A stretch of DNA of 64,000 nt from Vicugna vicugna. Its lineage: Eukaryota. This document shows positions 42,964-56,590 of the stretch, in pieces; position 1 is the stretch's first letter; every line of letters begins with the position of its first letter. The stretch spans positions 1,551,498 through 1,615,497 of the forward strand of contig MU058037.1 of NCBI GenBank assembly GCA_013265495.1. The letters run 5' to 3'. The translations under genes and the position numbers were made by a program. The notes under the pieces are model-generated. The model saw only the letters and a list, made by a program, of their open reading frames with translations, did not search any database and was not told the DNA's origin.

Positions 42964-45179
42964 TTAATGTTCTCCCCCTTTAATAAGATTAGTTAGAAAA
43001 AAAAGAAAATCACATAATTGGTGTACCATCCTATCAATTTTCAGGAGTTATATACTCAAGTAAGAAATTTTATTTTTGAATTGATTAACCATGTTATTGC
43101 TTTAGAGTCCATATCATTATGAGATAACATAATGGACATTTACCACGCCAAAGCAGAGACTAAAATGGTATCCTACCAATGGAGTAATTTAGAATTTAAA
43201 GAAATTATGTCATCATTAATGCTGCATAAGGTCTAGATACACGCTCTGTTCACAAGCACAATTTAAAAATTCACATGCCTGAACACAAGGATTTGGCAAC
43301 ATCCTGAGCTTACAATCTATAACACATGCTTTCTCATCACCATCTTTTAGACATATGTGGTACAACTGTCTTCTAAGTTAGACTGACATTATTACTACCA
43401 GTAGCTAGTACTGACACACCAAGGCAATATTCTGATGTATGGAAGACAGCATCAATAAAAGAAACCTTTTACCATGATATAAAGATAGAATAAAAAATGA
43501 CAAGGCAATGCTACTCTAATGTAGCAACTGGAAATGTATTTCTTAAGACCCTATAAACTTAAAACATAATGTGCTAAATTTAATGAAGCCATTCTATTTG
43601 AATATCACCTCAAAACATACTGTATAATTAAACTGAGGTACTTGACAAACGTCCTGAAACCTGGCTCAACTGTTGTCCATGTTAAATTACTTATCATCCT
43701 TTTGAATTTTTGAACATAGACTAATTTTGGTTACTTTACTTTTAAAATGTACTGGTTGTACAGTTATCTGAAATCCTAGCACTATACTTTAAAGAAACAC
43801 TTTAAAATATCTGTTATTCCAAGGTTTAAAAAAATACATTTCACATTTAAAAAGGGAGAAGAACCTTTTATCTCAACTCTAAAGGATTTGAAATTTCCAG
43901 GATGTTATATAAATACTTTGGGACAAAATTTATCCTGGATTGCAAGCAGGATTTAGCAAATGGTCTGAACAGTGGTCTAGTTTCTTCCTAGGCACCCAAA
44001 TGAAAGAGAAGGGGTGCCTTTGCCTATTATCCATCATGTTTTTGCTTGGAAGATAATGGTCGAGCTGTAAAGAATGAGCACGTCCATCAAAATAAGCAAT
44101 GATCCCAGAGACTATGATGAAGAGGTACTGCGGACCACAGCCACTGTAGGACAATGGGAGACTTTGGTTTATATGAGTGACTGTTCATTTAAATTATAAC
44201 CTCTACTATAACTGAATTGAGTGATGGTGAAGTAAAAGAGTTAGGACAAAAAAGAAGCAATATATTATAATGCTTAAAACCTCAGGGGTCTCAGATATGA
44301 ATCAAAGTGATCATTATGATACTTTGCCAACGTGAATCAGAAGCTGCCAGTTTAAAAAAACACATAGTAATGTGGATCAACTACAGTAATAGAACTAGTC
44401 AAATGTCTCCCATTATATGTAAGTCGGGATTATTATGTGCCCAAAGGTATAATACATTGATTCTGATCCTTCTGATAGCTAAGTAGTGTCACTGTAGCCA
44501 TTTCTATGAGCCAAGAGTCAAAGCAAAGTTAGTTCAAATCCAAGTATTCATTGTGCTTGCCAAAAAAATATGCAAGCAGATTTCTGAGTTCCAGGTTTGG
44601 AGGGAGAAGACATACTGTTTATACAAAGAGTTTATGAATAACTTATTAATGATAACCACATTTTATCATTTATTTATTCAAATAATTGCTAACTATCCTA
44701 AAGCAATCAACATGCCTATATCCTTCTTTCAGCTTATCTATACCCGACAATGAATTACCCATAGATTTCTTCTACCAATTTATTTTCATTTTATTCTGTG
44801 ACAGGATCATTGTGACTAGTTAAATTTTTTTAGGTCTAGATAGTGTTTTCCTGTGTAATATTCAGTATAATTTGATTCATCCTGTTTTCACAATTTCTCT
44901 ATGGTCTTTTTGAATATACAATTCCAAAAAACAGAATTGTTTTTTCATGAGAAGTGGAATTGTTTTTTGATGAGAAAGTAATAATTTGGTTAGATTCTAA
45001 TTTTATAACTGAATGCTACTTAATGGCAGAATATTATATAACTTTATTACTTTTTAATCAGTCTTCCCATTCTCACTGACCTAAGATTAGGAGTATTTTA
45101 AACAAATGTGACCATTATAAAGTATGTACCTTTAGCTCCCAAATTCTACTTTCACTACCACTAGGAAATGATTGGATAA

Positions 45180-45500
45180 AAGCATAGAGATAAATGTGCA
45201 ACATGTGTGTTGCAGTGCTATTTAAACCAATCAAACCCTGTGCATTATGTAAATACCTATTAGCATGGGATATAAAAATTGTGTAGAAAAAAGTTTAAAA
45301 GCAGCTAATGTAATTCAATTCTCTTTTGTAAAAAAATTTATATAAATAGAGAAAACACAGAAAGATATACAATATCATTAACAATGGTAACATTAAAGGG
45401 GAGTAAAGACTACAATATATCTTTTCCTCTTTATACTTTTATTTCCTGAACTTTTGGTAATAAACATGTTATTTTTAGAAACAATAAAATCAACAAAATA
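45180..45500 (+). mobile_element. Old L1 (L1ME-like) 3' end
   Basis: gaaagatatacaa...ttaacaatggtaac...ctttatacttt...taataaacatgttattttt...aataaaa. Confidence 0.55.
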
Positions 45501-46689
45501 AATGGACCTAGTCCATGAATAGTAATACTCCAGTTAGAAAATCGTGAATTTTATGAATTACCTAATTAGGACTGTTTATTATGAATGGAAAACTCCCCCT
45601 CAAAGTACAGAACCAGAAAGATAACACTATTTAAAACAGTAAAATGTGGTGATGGTGAAATCACACCTACTCTGTGCATTATACTTTAAGATAATTAGCA
45701 AAAGAAAAACAAAATAATTACTTAGCTGTGGACAATAAGTCAAGAACTATATTATCTGTTGATTTTTTTATTCCAGGAATGATTTCAGTATATACTTCAC
45801 TTAAGTGTTAAGCCAGGTTCACCTGGAAATTGCTGAATGGGAATGAAGCTGGCTGAGTGGTTCCCAGCCTACATGTAATGTTTTTCTTAATAACAGGTAG
45901 GTTTTAGCTATATCAGTCCCATCCTAGTACTTGTATACACAAACAGCCACCAGACAACATGCCTCTCACTCAAATAATCCTTTTAAACTTAGTCCTTTTT
46001 CAAACTCCCTGACTTGGATCATTTCTTCATTACTTTCTATCTTCTCTACCACATATAATTCTTATTGTCCCCATTTATTGGGTTGTATCATGTTCTGTTT
46101 AAGGGCAAACATGGCATGGTCCTAGAGTTCCAGGAAAAATGATTCCCAGCTCTGATTCTGTGATATCCAAACATATCTTAGGTCATATAACTGTAGTGAA
46201 TTCTTGAAATAAATTTATTTCTCTTTAACTGTTACTGAGATACTTATGATTGACAGATTTTATATGAGGACATGAGTAGATGGTGTGATAAAATGAAGCT
46301 AGTATGTAGGTTACAACTTCAAGAAATTTGGGAGCCCCATGTTCACAGCTAAAGATAACGGTGCATACACATCAAAATAGTAAAACATATCAGTGTATCA
46401 GTCATTTTTCAAGATTAGTTTTATATTTCCTCATTTAAGTTTCTGGCTATGGTTTTAAATTAAGTGTGACAGACCTGAATTAGAAGCCATGTGAAGAAAT
46501 AATAATACGAAAAATGACTGTATTCTTTACATTTGTTCCAATGAAAGTTCTTCCATACTAGGAGACAGAGGGAGCTTTGAAGGAAGAAGGTATCCTAGTG
46601 CCTGCTAATATAAGAGTATAATCCACTAATATGGGAAGAAATTAAATAAGGTACAAAATTTTAAGAGATAATGGTTTTGGGACACAGAT

Positions 46690-46790
46690 GAAGAAAAACA
46701 TTCTAATAAGGAAAGACATGCAAAAAGGAACCGGCTGACTTGTGAAATAGTGAGTTCAACACCAAAAAAGATGTTTCAATAATCTTGCAC
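46690..46790 (+). mobile_element. L3/CR1 3'-end fragment
   Basis: acattctaataagg...ggaaccggctgacttgtgaaatagtgagttc...gatgtttcaa resembles the recalled CR1/L3 terminal region. Confidence 0.45.
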
Positions 46791-46929
46791 AAGCCAAATG
46801 ATTAGAGTTCTGAAGCCACAATACAATTCCAACTCTAATACGCAGAATAGGTAAGAAAATGGAAATAGGTTATACAATAGATGAGCTTGAGTAAAGGAAT
46901 GTGGTCCTAGTACATCTCTACTTGTCCTC

Positions 46930-48880
46930 CATCTTTTCTTCCTCTTCACAACCAATAAATGCAGGTGTTTCTTCTAGGCTAAGAGTTAACACTTTGAATA
47001 TTTCATGCTGTCTTCTTAAAATAATCTCTTCTCTTCCCAGAGTTTTCACTAACAACTTTCTGCATGACTCACAAATCTTTCTAACCATCCCTGCTTCCTA
47101 TCAAGAACTTATGACACATTTCCAACAGTTCAGTTCATCCACACTAATAGCTATTGAATAATCAAGTACCAGTAATTCACTACGCTAGATTCTTCATATC
47201 TATATTACATTCCTTTTATTTATATTTTCATTCCCACAACAGCCTTATGAGGTAAACTATTAAACCCATTTTACATGTGAAGAAACTGAAGCAAAAAGAG
47301 ATGTTTTCTTGAACAAGATTACAAATATAGTAAGTTGCAAAGCCAGAATTCACATTCAAGTCTGTTTGATTCTAAAGTACAAGGTACTACAACAGCAAGC
47401 ATCCTCCCCTAAATATCCATTGGTCGTTCACATGAATACAACACTTTAAAAATCAAACTTATCTCCCTGTTTTCACTCAGCAAGTACAACAAAAAGTTCC
47501 CCATCATCCTCTCAAGTTTTGAGTATGGAGTCACCTATGACAGTTCCTCTTCTTTTTAATCCAGGTGTGTCCTAAATAGAGTCTAGCAACTAATAACTCT
47601 CCTCACTGCCTTACTTCTGGCTTGGATGCCTGACTGCTAGACTTAAAACAGGATCCTAGCTGCTCTTTCTACCTGCAGTCCTTTCTAGCTCCAAAATACT
47701 GCTACAGTGCAAAAGTGTTCTTTCACTCAGAACCTTTGAAAAGCTCTCCAAAGGCCTAATGAAAGAAATCAGTCCTCAAATAGGTCCTTTGCCAACATGG
47801 CCATAGCTATCTCCTATCATTTCTCTTTAATGTGATTCTTAAACTTCAGCAGGTGTTAGAATCACCTGGAAACCTGAGTTTTTGATCCAGTGGGTCTGAG
47901 GTGAAGTCCTAGAATTTGCATTTTTCCCACAAGTTCCTAAGTGATGCAGATGCTACTGGCATGGGAACCACATTTTGAGAAATGCCGTATTAGACAACGA
48001 GCTTCTTGAAGGCAATGACTTGCCCATGTCTACAATATTTTAATGTTTTTAAGATTAGATAATATAACTTACAGAATCAGTAAATATTCATTGTATGCCT
48101 CCCATGTATTATGGATACAATAGTGGATGTAGCACAATCTGTGTCTCACTAAAAAATATAATGAGCAGGGGAGAAATGAGCGGGTCAGTAAACATTTACA
48201 ATAAATTAGAACAAAATAAAATTATAAAGTAATTAGAATAAGATAAAATAGAATGGATACAGGGTGAAATGGAAGCCTCCCAAAAGGGCATCTATCTAAC
48301 CCATTCTTGGTGGTTCACGGAAAGTTTCCTTTTAGTCCAAGCTGAATTTCTTAGGAGTTGGACAGGTGCAGGGGAATGTGGAGATTGAGGAAGTGAAAAA
48401 AACCATGAGAAAAGGTAAAACCAGTCTGAAAAACTTCCAATAGTTCAGTATGGGTGGAAGAGTCAGCGGAATTAAGTATATGTTCCTCCCCAAAAACTGT
48501 GTTTTTGTCCTCAGCTATGCCTTTGCAAAAAGCACTCTTCTTCTACTTGTAATTGTTCTCCTATCAAATCTTACCTATCCATAATGGCTCATATTAAATG
48601 CAATCTTCATTATTAAGCTTCTTACAGCGAGAACCTTATTTTCCTCATGTGAATCTCAGAGCACACTGTTTATCTCTCCAGTGGCATTTTTTTCATGCAA
48701 TGCCTCTTATTAAAGATAAATATATCTTTCCTCCCCCCACCCCCAATCTACCACCACAAAACTGGATTTTGAGGTTTTTGTTTTTGTTTTGAGAATAAAA
48801 ACTAAGTCTTACTTGTCTGGCTATACCTACAATCAATGCCTTACACATGGCAGAGACAATCAGTATTTGTTGAACTCAGT
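46930..48880. mobile_element. Nested cluster of L2 fragments (both strands) with MIR (about 47170-47380, minus) and MER5A (about 47830-47987)
   Basis: MIR core cccattttacatgtgaagaaactgaagc; MER5A ttagaatcacctgga...ctagaatttgcattt...caagttcctaagtgatgcagatgct...accacattttgaga; L2 tail gccttacacatggcagagacaatcagtatttgttgaa. Confidence 0.7.
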
Positions 48881-51800
48881 GAAACGAAAATGTAACTGTT
48901 TCAGAGATAATAAAGTGTCAAGAAAGTTTAGTTTTATATGTAAAACCAATACGTAGTATTAAATTTTTCTCTAAGTGTACTATACTTAATTTTCAGGCTA
49001 TAATAGACATTCTTTATCCAAAATTATCAAATAAACTTTCTTATAAGTGGATATTTGAAAAAAAGTATTTATATTTTGGGTGCTCCAGACCTAAAGTCAT
49101 AGTGATGTGATTATGACAAGAAATACAACAGTGGATATAGTTCCTATTTGTCATAGAAAGATTCTGTTTTATTATACACGTTATATAAACACTTAGGAAA
49201 GTTTTCTTCCAGAAAAATATTTTGTAGTGGTTGTAAACAGTCCAAGTTTCTCTTTCTCAATATTTTAATAGAATATTTCATTCGCATTAAGTTCATAGGC
49301 TGGAATGAACCTTTTAAAAACCACCATATACATCTTACACAAAATACGTCTTATTATTAGCTATAATGTTTTTCTCATATGCTGAACAACTAATATCTTC
49401 CACGTTGTGCAAGGCAGGAAAAGTCAGTGTCCCTCAGCAATGGCAAGTCTTGCTAGTTTATATGTAATCCCCAACTTGAATACTGAAATGTATTTTATGT
49501 ACAACACAAAACAGGATTAAAATCACCCCAGAAAGCTTTTAAGATACCTCAGGAGTTAAAAGCCAGAGGTTTTGGTTCTTTGTAGATGGGGCTTATAACT
49601 ACTCTGATCAAGATGAAGGAGATACCAGGCGTTCTTGGGTTAATGGCAACATAAGTAGGAAGGTCCTTGGACAATGGCTTCCCCAGATTAGGTGCACAGG
49701 AGGATTTGGGGTTGGTGCTGAAGTGATGAGAGACTTCCATTCCTTTTTGTACACAGAGGTTAAAAGTTATCTCTGACCCCAGGACTGGCTCTAGCCTATC
49801 TAATTCCCAAACAGCAGCTGGTGAGTTATTTGACCAACACATGAAAAGAATCTCTACTCTATGGTCCCAGGCAGCCAAAGTTACAAATAAGCATAAAGGT
49901 AAGAATGTAAGCCTATCAACCTAGACCTTCTTTACCTTTCTCACAGTTGTATTTGGAATTACAAGAAAGTATCTCAACACCCACAAGCAGGAAGATAAGA
50001 CATTCTTAAAATATTTTCAAAGTTATTATCCTTCAGAAGACAAAGTAAATTCATTAACAGTTACCCATGCTTCCGTGTATACACTCACTCTTACTCACAG
50101 GTTGTAATGTATAAATGATACCTCTTCACAAAGGAAATTTCAAAGAGACTTGAAGTGTGTCTATATGAATGTCTGATGATATGAGTCATACTATACCTAA
50201 AGGTCCTGCTGCTCTTTTTAAAAGCACTGAAGAGACTTAATTCAATGCACAAACCATCACACTGCAACCAATGACACTGTCTTTGCCAAACTTTTTGGTG
50301 CTGAGATATTTATTATAGTTCTCTGTTCCCTTGCATTACTAAAGCATTTAAAAACATTTCAGAAGTAACTAATTTTAATATACAATATCTTTCAAAGATC
50401 ATAGAACTACTAACTCTTCAGTACCAATCTAAAAACTTCACCTTCACCTAAATTTTTTCATACAATACTGATGATAAAGTCTTATAATATTAAAATGTAG
50501 TATATTTGGAGATATACTAATTTTGCTCTTTCACAATCACTCATTTACTGAATAGAGACACAGAACTAGCCATGGTTCAAATTAAAGGAATATAGGCTAA
50601 AAGGTATGTATTTGGCTAAGTAACTAAATGCAAAAAAAAAAAAAAAGTGATTTTAAATTCCAGCATGGAATAATTTAAATACGCAATTCAGAGTACTGAA
50701 AAATGTCCCAAGGTGTTATCTATTTTAAATAAAACCTTAGTAGTGATATTTTTACAAACATGATTAGAGGAGATAATCTTGGGAAAAGATCAAAGTGTTT
50801 GAAGAGAAGGAATATGGGAATGAAAGTACTATTTTCATTAGGGGAAAAATTCCACAATTTTATGTCTTTATTCTCTGAGCCACTCTTCACTTCACAGCCT
50901 CCTTAAAAGGCATTTATTTCAGTGAAATAAGACTATGCCAGGCATTTTTTTAAGGCATTTGTTTTTATGCAGCTTAGTTTCACTATAAAACTTGGACCAT
51001 GTTGAGCTGCTCACAATTTGAATGTACATATCTGTTTTGGTACTTAATATTTTCATGCTAATTTCACAGTCACACATATAATATGTGTATATGTGTGTGT
51101 GTGTTTTATATTTAAAGAGAAAGCATAGAGAACATAGTTTCTTACTGCTGAAGATGGATAGGGAGTCCAAGAGAGAAAGCCAGCTTAACGACTACAAGAA
51201 GCTACTACTCTTTTTTTCACCTATTGCACATGACCTTTCTGGAGTCTTTTTCTCCATAACCAAGAAACTCTGAGAGTTAAATCAGAATTTCTTGACTGGC
51301 TCATGAGGAATTGAATGGGAGGAAGGAAAACAGTAATCATCATTTTTTTCCATTTATTTTTACAAATCATCTACATTGTTTTCACCAAAGGTGGTATATT
51401 TCAATATCTTGTTATTTGCATTATCTCCTGTTAACCTATCACTTACATAAAACGCAGCCTTTGTATCACTGGTACCTCTGCTTCTGTGGCAAGCTGATTC
51501 AAAAACAAGGGTATATAGTTTAGCATCTTGAACATACAGCTTTTTCTCCCTTCTTCCATTTCAGTATGGTATCTGGCAATATTTTGGTCTCTGAAGGCCA
51601 AAGGTTTATTTTGGGGGTTTCATGGCTTACATTCATATATGCTATAGAAAACTAAATCAAAGCCCATTTTATTTTTATTTCATCTTCATTCATAGTCTTC
51701 TTTAATTTCCCCAAAACAAAATTGAGTGAGTCTGAGACTTGGAGGAGAAAGACAATCACATCACAGTGAAAAGACTGTGGGTAACAAACTTTGATCATAC

Positions 51801-54800
51801 CCTAGAACCTCATTCCTCTAAAAATCAGTAACATTTTAATATAATAATACAGATTTTTAACTAAAATTTTTATAAAAGTATCTGTATGGGTTAAATTTTA
51901 AAACAATTTCATATTTGTATATATGGAGATTATTACATTTCAGCCAATCCTTCTGGTTTCATTTCTGCTCTCCTTGCAAAGACATTGGAAATATGTGTAT
52001 TTTAAAATAAAGAGTCCTAGTCACCAAAGCTAAGGGATGAAACAAAGCTTTGTTTTCTAAAAATTGATCGCTCCTATTATAAGAATTCTGAGAAAGAATA
52101 AAGAAAACATCTATACTTATGAAGTAATCATGCTTTAATTTAAGAATCCAAATGAAAAATGTAATTAGAAACTAACCAAAACCCTAGTATTCAAAAAGTA
52201 ACATGCTTAAAAAGTTATAGCTTTTCTATGAATAATTTTTATGTCACTGTCATTTACTGGTAGATATAACAAAAATATGTGTATTTGAAAATATTAGGAA
52301 ATATTGCAATAGACGTCTATATTTATCAAACAAAACCAAAGCATGTATATATGCATTTATATAGCTAAATAAACAGCATTTTATATCTTTATTAATACAA
52401 AATTTTAGTTTAAGAACTTCCATAATAGCTATAAATACTTTCACTGTAGAAGTAATCTTTAGAAATCATTTTACCAGAAATGCAACAACTCAGACAAAAA
52501 AAAAGGTCAATGTCAGCTCTAAACGGGGCCACAGTGAACTCTCTCTGCCATTTTTCTCAATTTTAAAATATCCTTTATTGCTCAGTATTAGAGTTAATAA
52601 CATGAAAGGAAATGTGAAAGTAATCAGTGGTTACATTACCTAAAATTTTAGTCACCATGCTGAATGTTAATTTAGTGGATGAATCCTATATTTGAATCCT
52701 AGGGCTAAATAACCTAAAAAGAATTTAAGATTATTATCAGTATCTCTTGAATTTCCTATTTTATGATGCTCTAATGTGTTTTCCTCTCATGCAATAATTT
52801 TTTTAATCTTCATTGGGCAGTTAAATGTTATCTACTAATTGCCTACCCCTACTAAAGACAGTAAGTAAATTAGGCAATTGTGACTGGCCGATTTTTGCCT
52901 TTTTGATGGAGGAAGGAAAGGGGATGCAATTGACACAGATTTGCAAATGAGTTGGACACTTAATAAGCCAGAGTAGGTAAGAATATCAGCCAATAGATAC
53001 ATTTGAAACATACAAAATAATCACTCATATGGAAACTTTAAAAAATTCTATGTAAAATAACTAAATCATATTAACTGTATGTTGACCACTGAAAGATGAT
53101 TTTAATAATAAAAATAAATTAGAGAAACCATTTTTTAAAGCAATTACTCTTTTCCTGGTAAAGCTAGTAAGAACTGCATAAATAAGAAAGAAAGAAATCA
53201 GGATGTGGAGAGCTGCAGAAAAAATAAATTGGTTAATAGGAAGTTACCATTATTAAGGCATCATACAACTTATCTCCTTTATATAAAGACTTAATAAGTT
53301 GATAACAGAAAAATCATAAAATATTATATTCATAATAAAGTAATAAACTGATTTATGTAGGCAAAATAAAATGTATAATTTATATCAACATGTGGCACTT
53401 CAAAACCAGTTTCCACACAAGCTCATCAAATCCACAATATTCAATGTAAAATGAAAGGAATCTATGATCAGCTCCTAAACTACACATTATATAAGGTAGC
53501 ATCTGAAATAAAATATTACCATGAATAATTAAAATCTATGATTCACAATTTCTTTTAATTTTTGGTAAAGGTCTCTATGATTTTTTTCCCCTTTTAAAAG
53601 AGAACAATTCACTTGCTGTTTTAGAATACCAAGTTCTGAGAATCCTAACAGTTATTTTAGGGTATTATTATGACCATTTATTAAGCAATACGTTAACACC
53701 ATGCAAACATAGTTAATCTCTGTACTCCAACAATCTCCTGTGTTTACAGGAATAAGATATGAGGTGCACTGAAAATAGTGCCATTTGAGATTTCAGTTTT
53801 CAGTATTTTGGTTATAAGGAATTATAAGATAAATACTTTCTCTTTTGAGAAAGGAGAACAGAAGAAAATAGGCAAGAATAAAAAAAACTGAAAGAGGTGA
53901 AGAATGGAGAAGACATAGTCAAGGGAGAAGAGATGAGGATGGAAAGAATAAAATGGAATCAAAAGAAAAACCTAAAAAATAAAGATAACAATTTAGTAAA
54001 TTAAAGAAGAGAGAGAAAGCACATCGGTGTTAACCAATATCATGGTACTGATTCCACTCAATGAGCCACTCCTTCCTCCTGAAGTCCAGGGGTGGGGTGG
54101 AAGAGTGAGAGGAAGGGAAAGGGAGAGCTGGGTTTTAATGGGTCACCACACTCTCCATCCATTCTGATAATGTTGCCTTCCCCTTTAAATAATACTCGCC
54201 TGTTGTTCTGGGGTTGAAGGAACAACAGGGTGAAAAAAGTCAAAAATGAGAGACTAGGGTGAGAATAAGAGAGAATAAGGGAGACACCTTTGAGAATTAT
54301 ATAAATGAAGTTAGAATGACATTTCCAGATAACTCAATAGTCCTTTAATTTGATCCCTTCCCTCACCGCCTCTGCCATCACTCGTAAGTCCTGTTCAACA
54401 ATGTTTACCATTCGAGGGGTGACAAAACCCACTAGCTCACAGTGCTCATCTCCCATTTCTCACTCATCAATGTCCAACACCCTGACTATTTGTTGTAGCC
54501 TATCTTCTTGACTATCCCAACCTGGTTATTTTCCATTTCAGTAGGCCTTATAGCCACATCTATTAAGCCATTTCTTGCCATAATGTAGTCATCAGGTTCC
54601 AGAAGACCTTTTAAAATAATAGTGAATGTTTTAATATTTACACAAAGGAAAATTTTCTAAACGCTAGATTCAACCATCACATACCTCACTCTTTTCAACT
54701 GATATTCCTAAGAAAAAAATATCTGTTTTTACTATGGATAAAATCTTTAGAACACTTACACACCAAAAACAGTATTGACATGAAATTTAACAGACTCATT

Positions 54801-56394
54801 AGGAATATGCCCAAATTGATTTAATAACTATAAATAGTCTCATTAGCTAAAAAAAGTTTAAAAGTGCATCATGAGGGCAGAGTTGCCGGTTCAAACTATG
54901 CCGAGGTATCTCCCAGAGAGGAATGTAGTGACAGATGAAGTGGAAAAAATCTTGGGAGATTCCAGCAGCCATTGAGGAGTTGGATCTTCACTGGCAGGGA
55001 AGACATGCAATAGGACTCAGTCTGCTTTGCTTGAATGTTCATGATTTTTTCTTCTTTCTACCTGGCAGCCACAGTTTCTCAGCCACAGAAGTATGTTGAT
55101 TAGAAAAGCTTAAAAGCCACTTATAATAAAAAATATAGCAACATGAAAAAGGACATAAAATTTCCAATTTCATTTCAAATAAGAAAATATACTTAAAAAA
55201 AAGAGCAAACTAGAAACACACATCTAATTGGACAACCTGAAGATATACCATACTAGCAATTTCAAAAAATAGTATTTGAATTCATCTGTGATTATTCAAT
55301 CTTTTCAGACTCTTAGGGAAAAAATTCAAATTGCTTTTCTATGTATTTTAAAATAAGAAAAGTTATCAAATTTTATATTGTACATTACTACCTGTAGCAG
55401 TAGGAAATTTTAGAATTACAGAAAAATACTAACTGGGCTAATAACAGTCAAAATATAAGATTGAACATTACTCTTTTCATTATTAAATCTAAATTGGTAT
55501 AGAATAATATTGGCAATATCTAACTATCCTGGTCAATTAATTACTGGATTAGAAATATTATTAAATATGTATTTCAAATGTATTAGGCCATACTTTAATG
55601 TAATTAGTGTATCATAAGCAACCACTAATGGTGATGAATACAGGAGGGTAGAAGGGGTAACTGCAGACTGCAAGTAATTTATACTTGTTTCAACTAATTT
55701 ATCCATCTATCAAACATTTCACAGTAACAAAATCCAGATAATTTCCATTTCCCCACCTCAGTATGTTGTCTGGTAAGAACTTAAAAGCACTGTACAGACC
55801 ACAATGCAGGCAGCAGCAAGGAAAAGAGGGCAGAGCAGGTTGCATTTAATAAAATGCACCATTCTTGCACAAATATACCTCCACTTGAATACAAAGAAAA
55901 TCTGGTAATTGATCACATTATTAAGGAAGGCTACTTTCATGGAATTCAACATAATTTCCTGTGAGAGAATGTCTCTATTATTATCCAAAATCAATTTGTA
56001 GGTTCTAGTAGCAGTCTGCCAAGAAACTGGACTCCAGTTGGCTCAACTGCTGTAGCAGGTAAAAGGGAGGAAGGAAGGTTGGAAAGTTAAATTTTATTGA
56101 GCTCCTAATGTGTGCCTGGCATTGCGACAGGTGTTTTATATATCTTGTCTATTTGAAGGAAAGGAGCGAGTGAGGAAGTGGCAGTAAAGTTAAATTTCAA
56201 CCCCATTTCTAATTTCAGTTGCTGATCCACTATCCGAATTATGTACACTCTCACTTCCTTTTCTCTTCTCTTACCCTTGGCCCCACTTAATCCCTCTCTG
56301 AATCCTGAGATTCACTTACAAGATTGTTAGAATTCTTGCTCTTTTGTTTGATAATTTTATAATTTGAGTTGGGGAGGGAGTATAAAAAAACTTA

Positions 56395-56590
56395 AGTAAG
56401 AGCATGGGCCTTGGAGTCAGTGAGCTCTCAGCTATGGGTGAGTTAAATAATCATTCAATGTCCACATATGCCTTCTTCATAGGATTACTGTCAGGAGTAA
56501 ATGACATAAAATATGTAAAGTACTTAACATGATGTTTGGCACACTGTAAGAACTCAGTAAGTGTTGGTTATGGCTATTACTATTATTAAA
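56395..56590 (+). mobile_element. MIR SINE
   Basis: aagagcatgggccttggagtcag...cttcataggattactgt...atgtaaagtacttaac...tggcacactgtaagaactcagtaagtgttggtta. Confidence 0.8.

Noticed and set aside
44114..44215. ATGATGA...CTGA pair resembling C/D snoRNA boxes
   Set aside because: Antisense to the host gene and lacks a terminal stem.
49530..49878. 109-aa minus ORF ending SPIYKEPKPLAFNS*GIL, loosely like the LINE RT motif PIYKKG...NYRGIS
   Set aside because: Spacing is off and the flanking RT motifs are not recognisable. A single weak motif is not enough.
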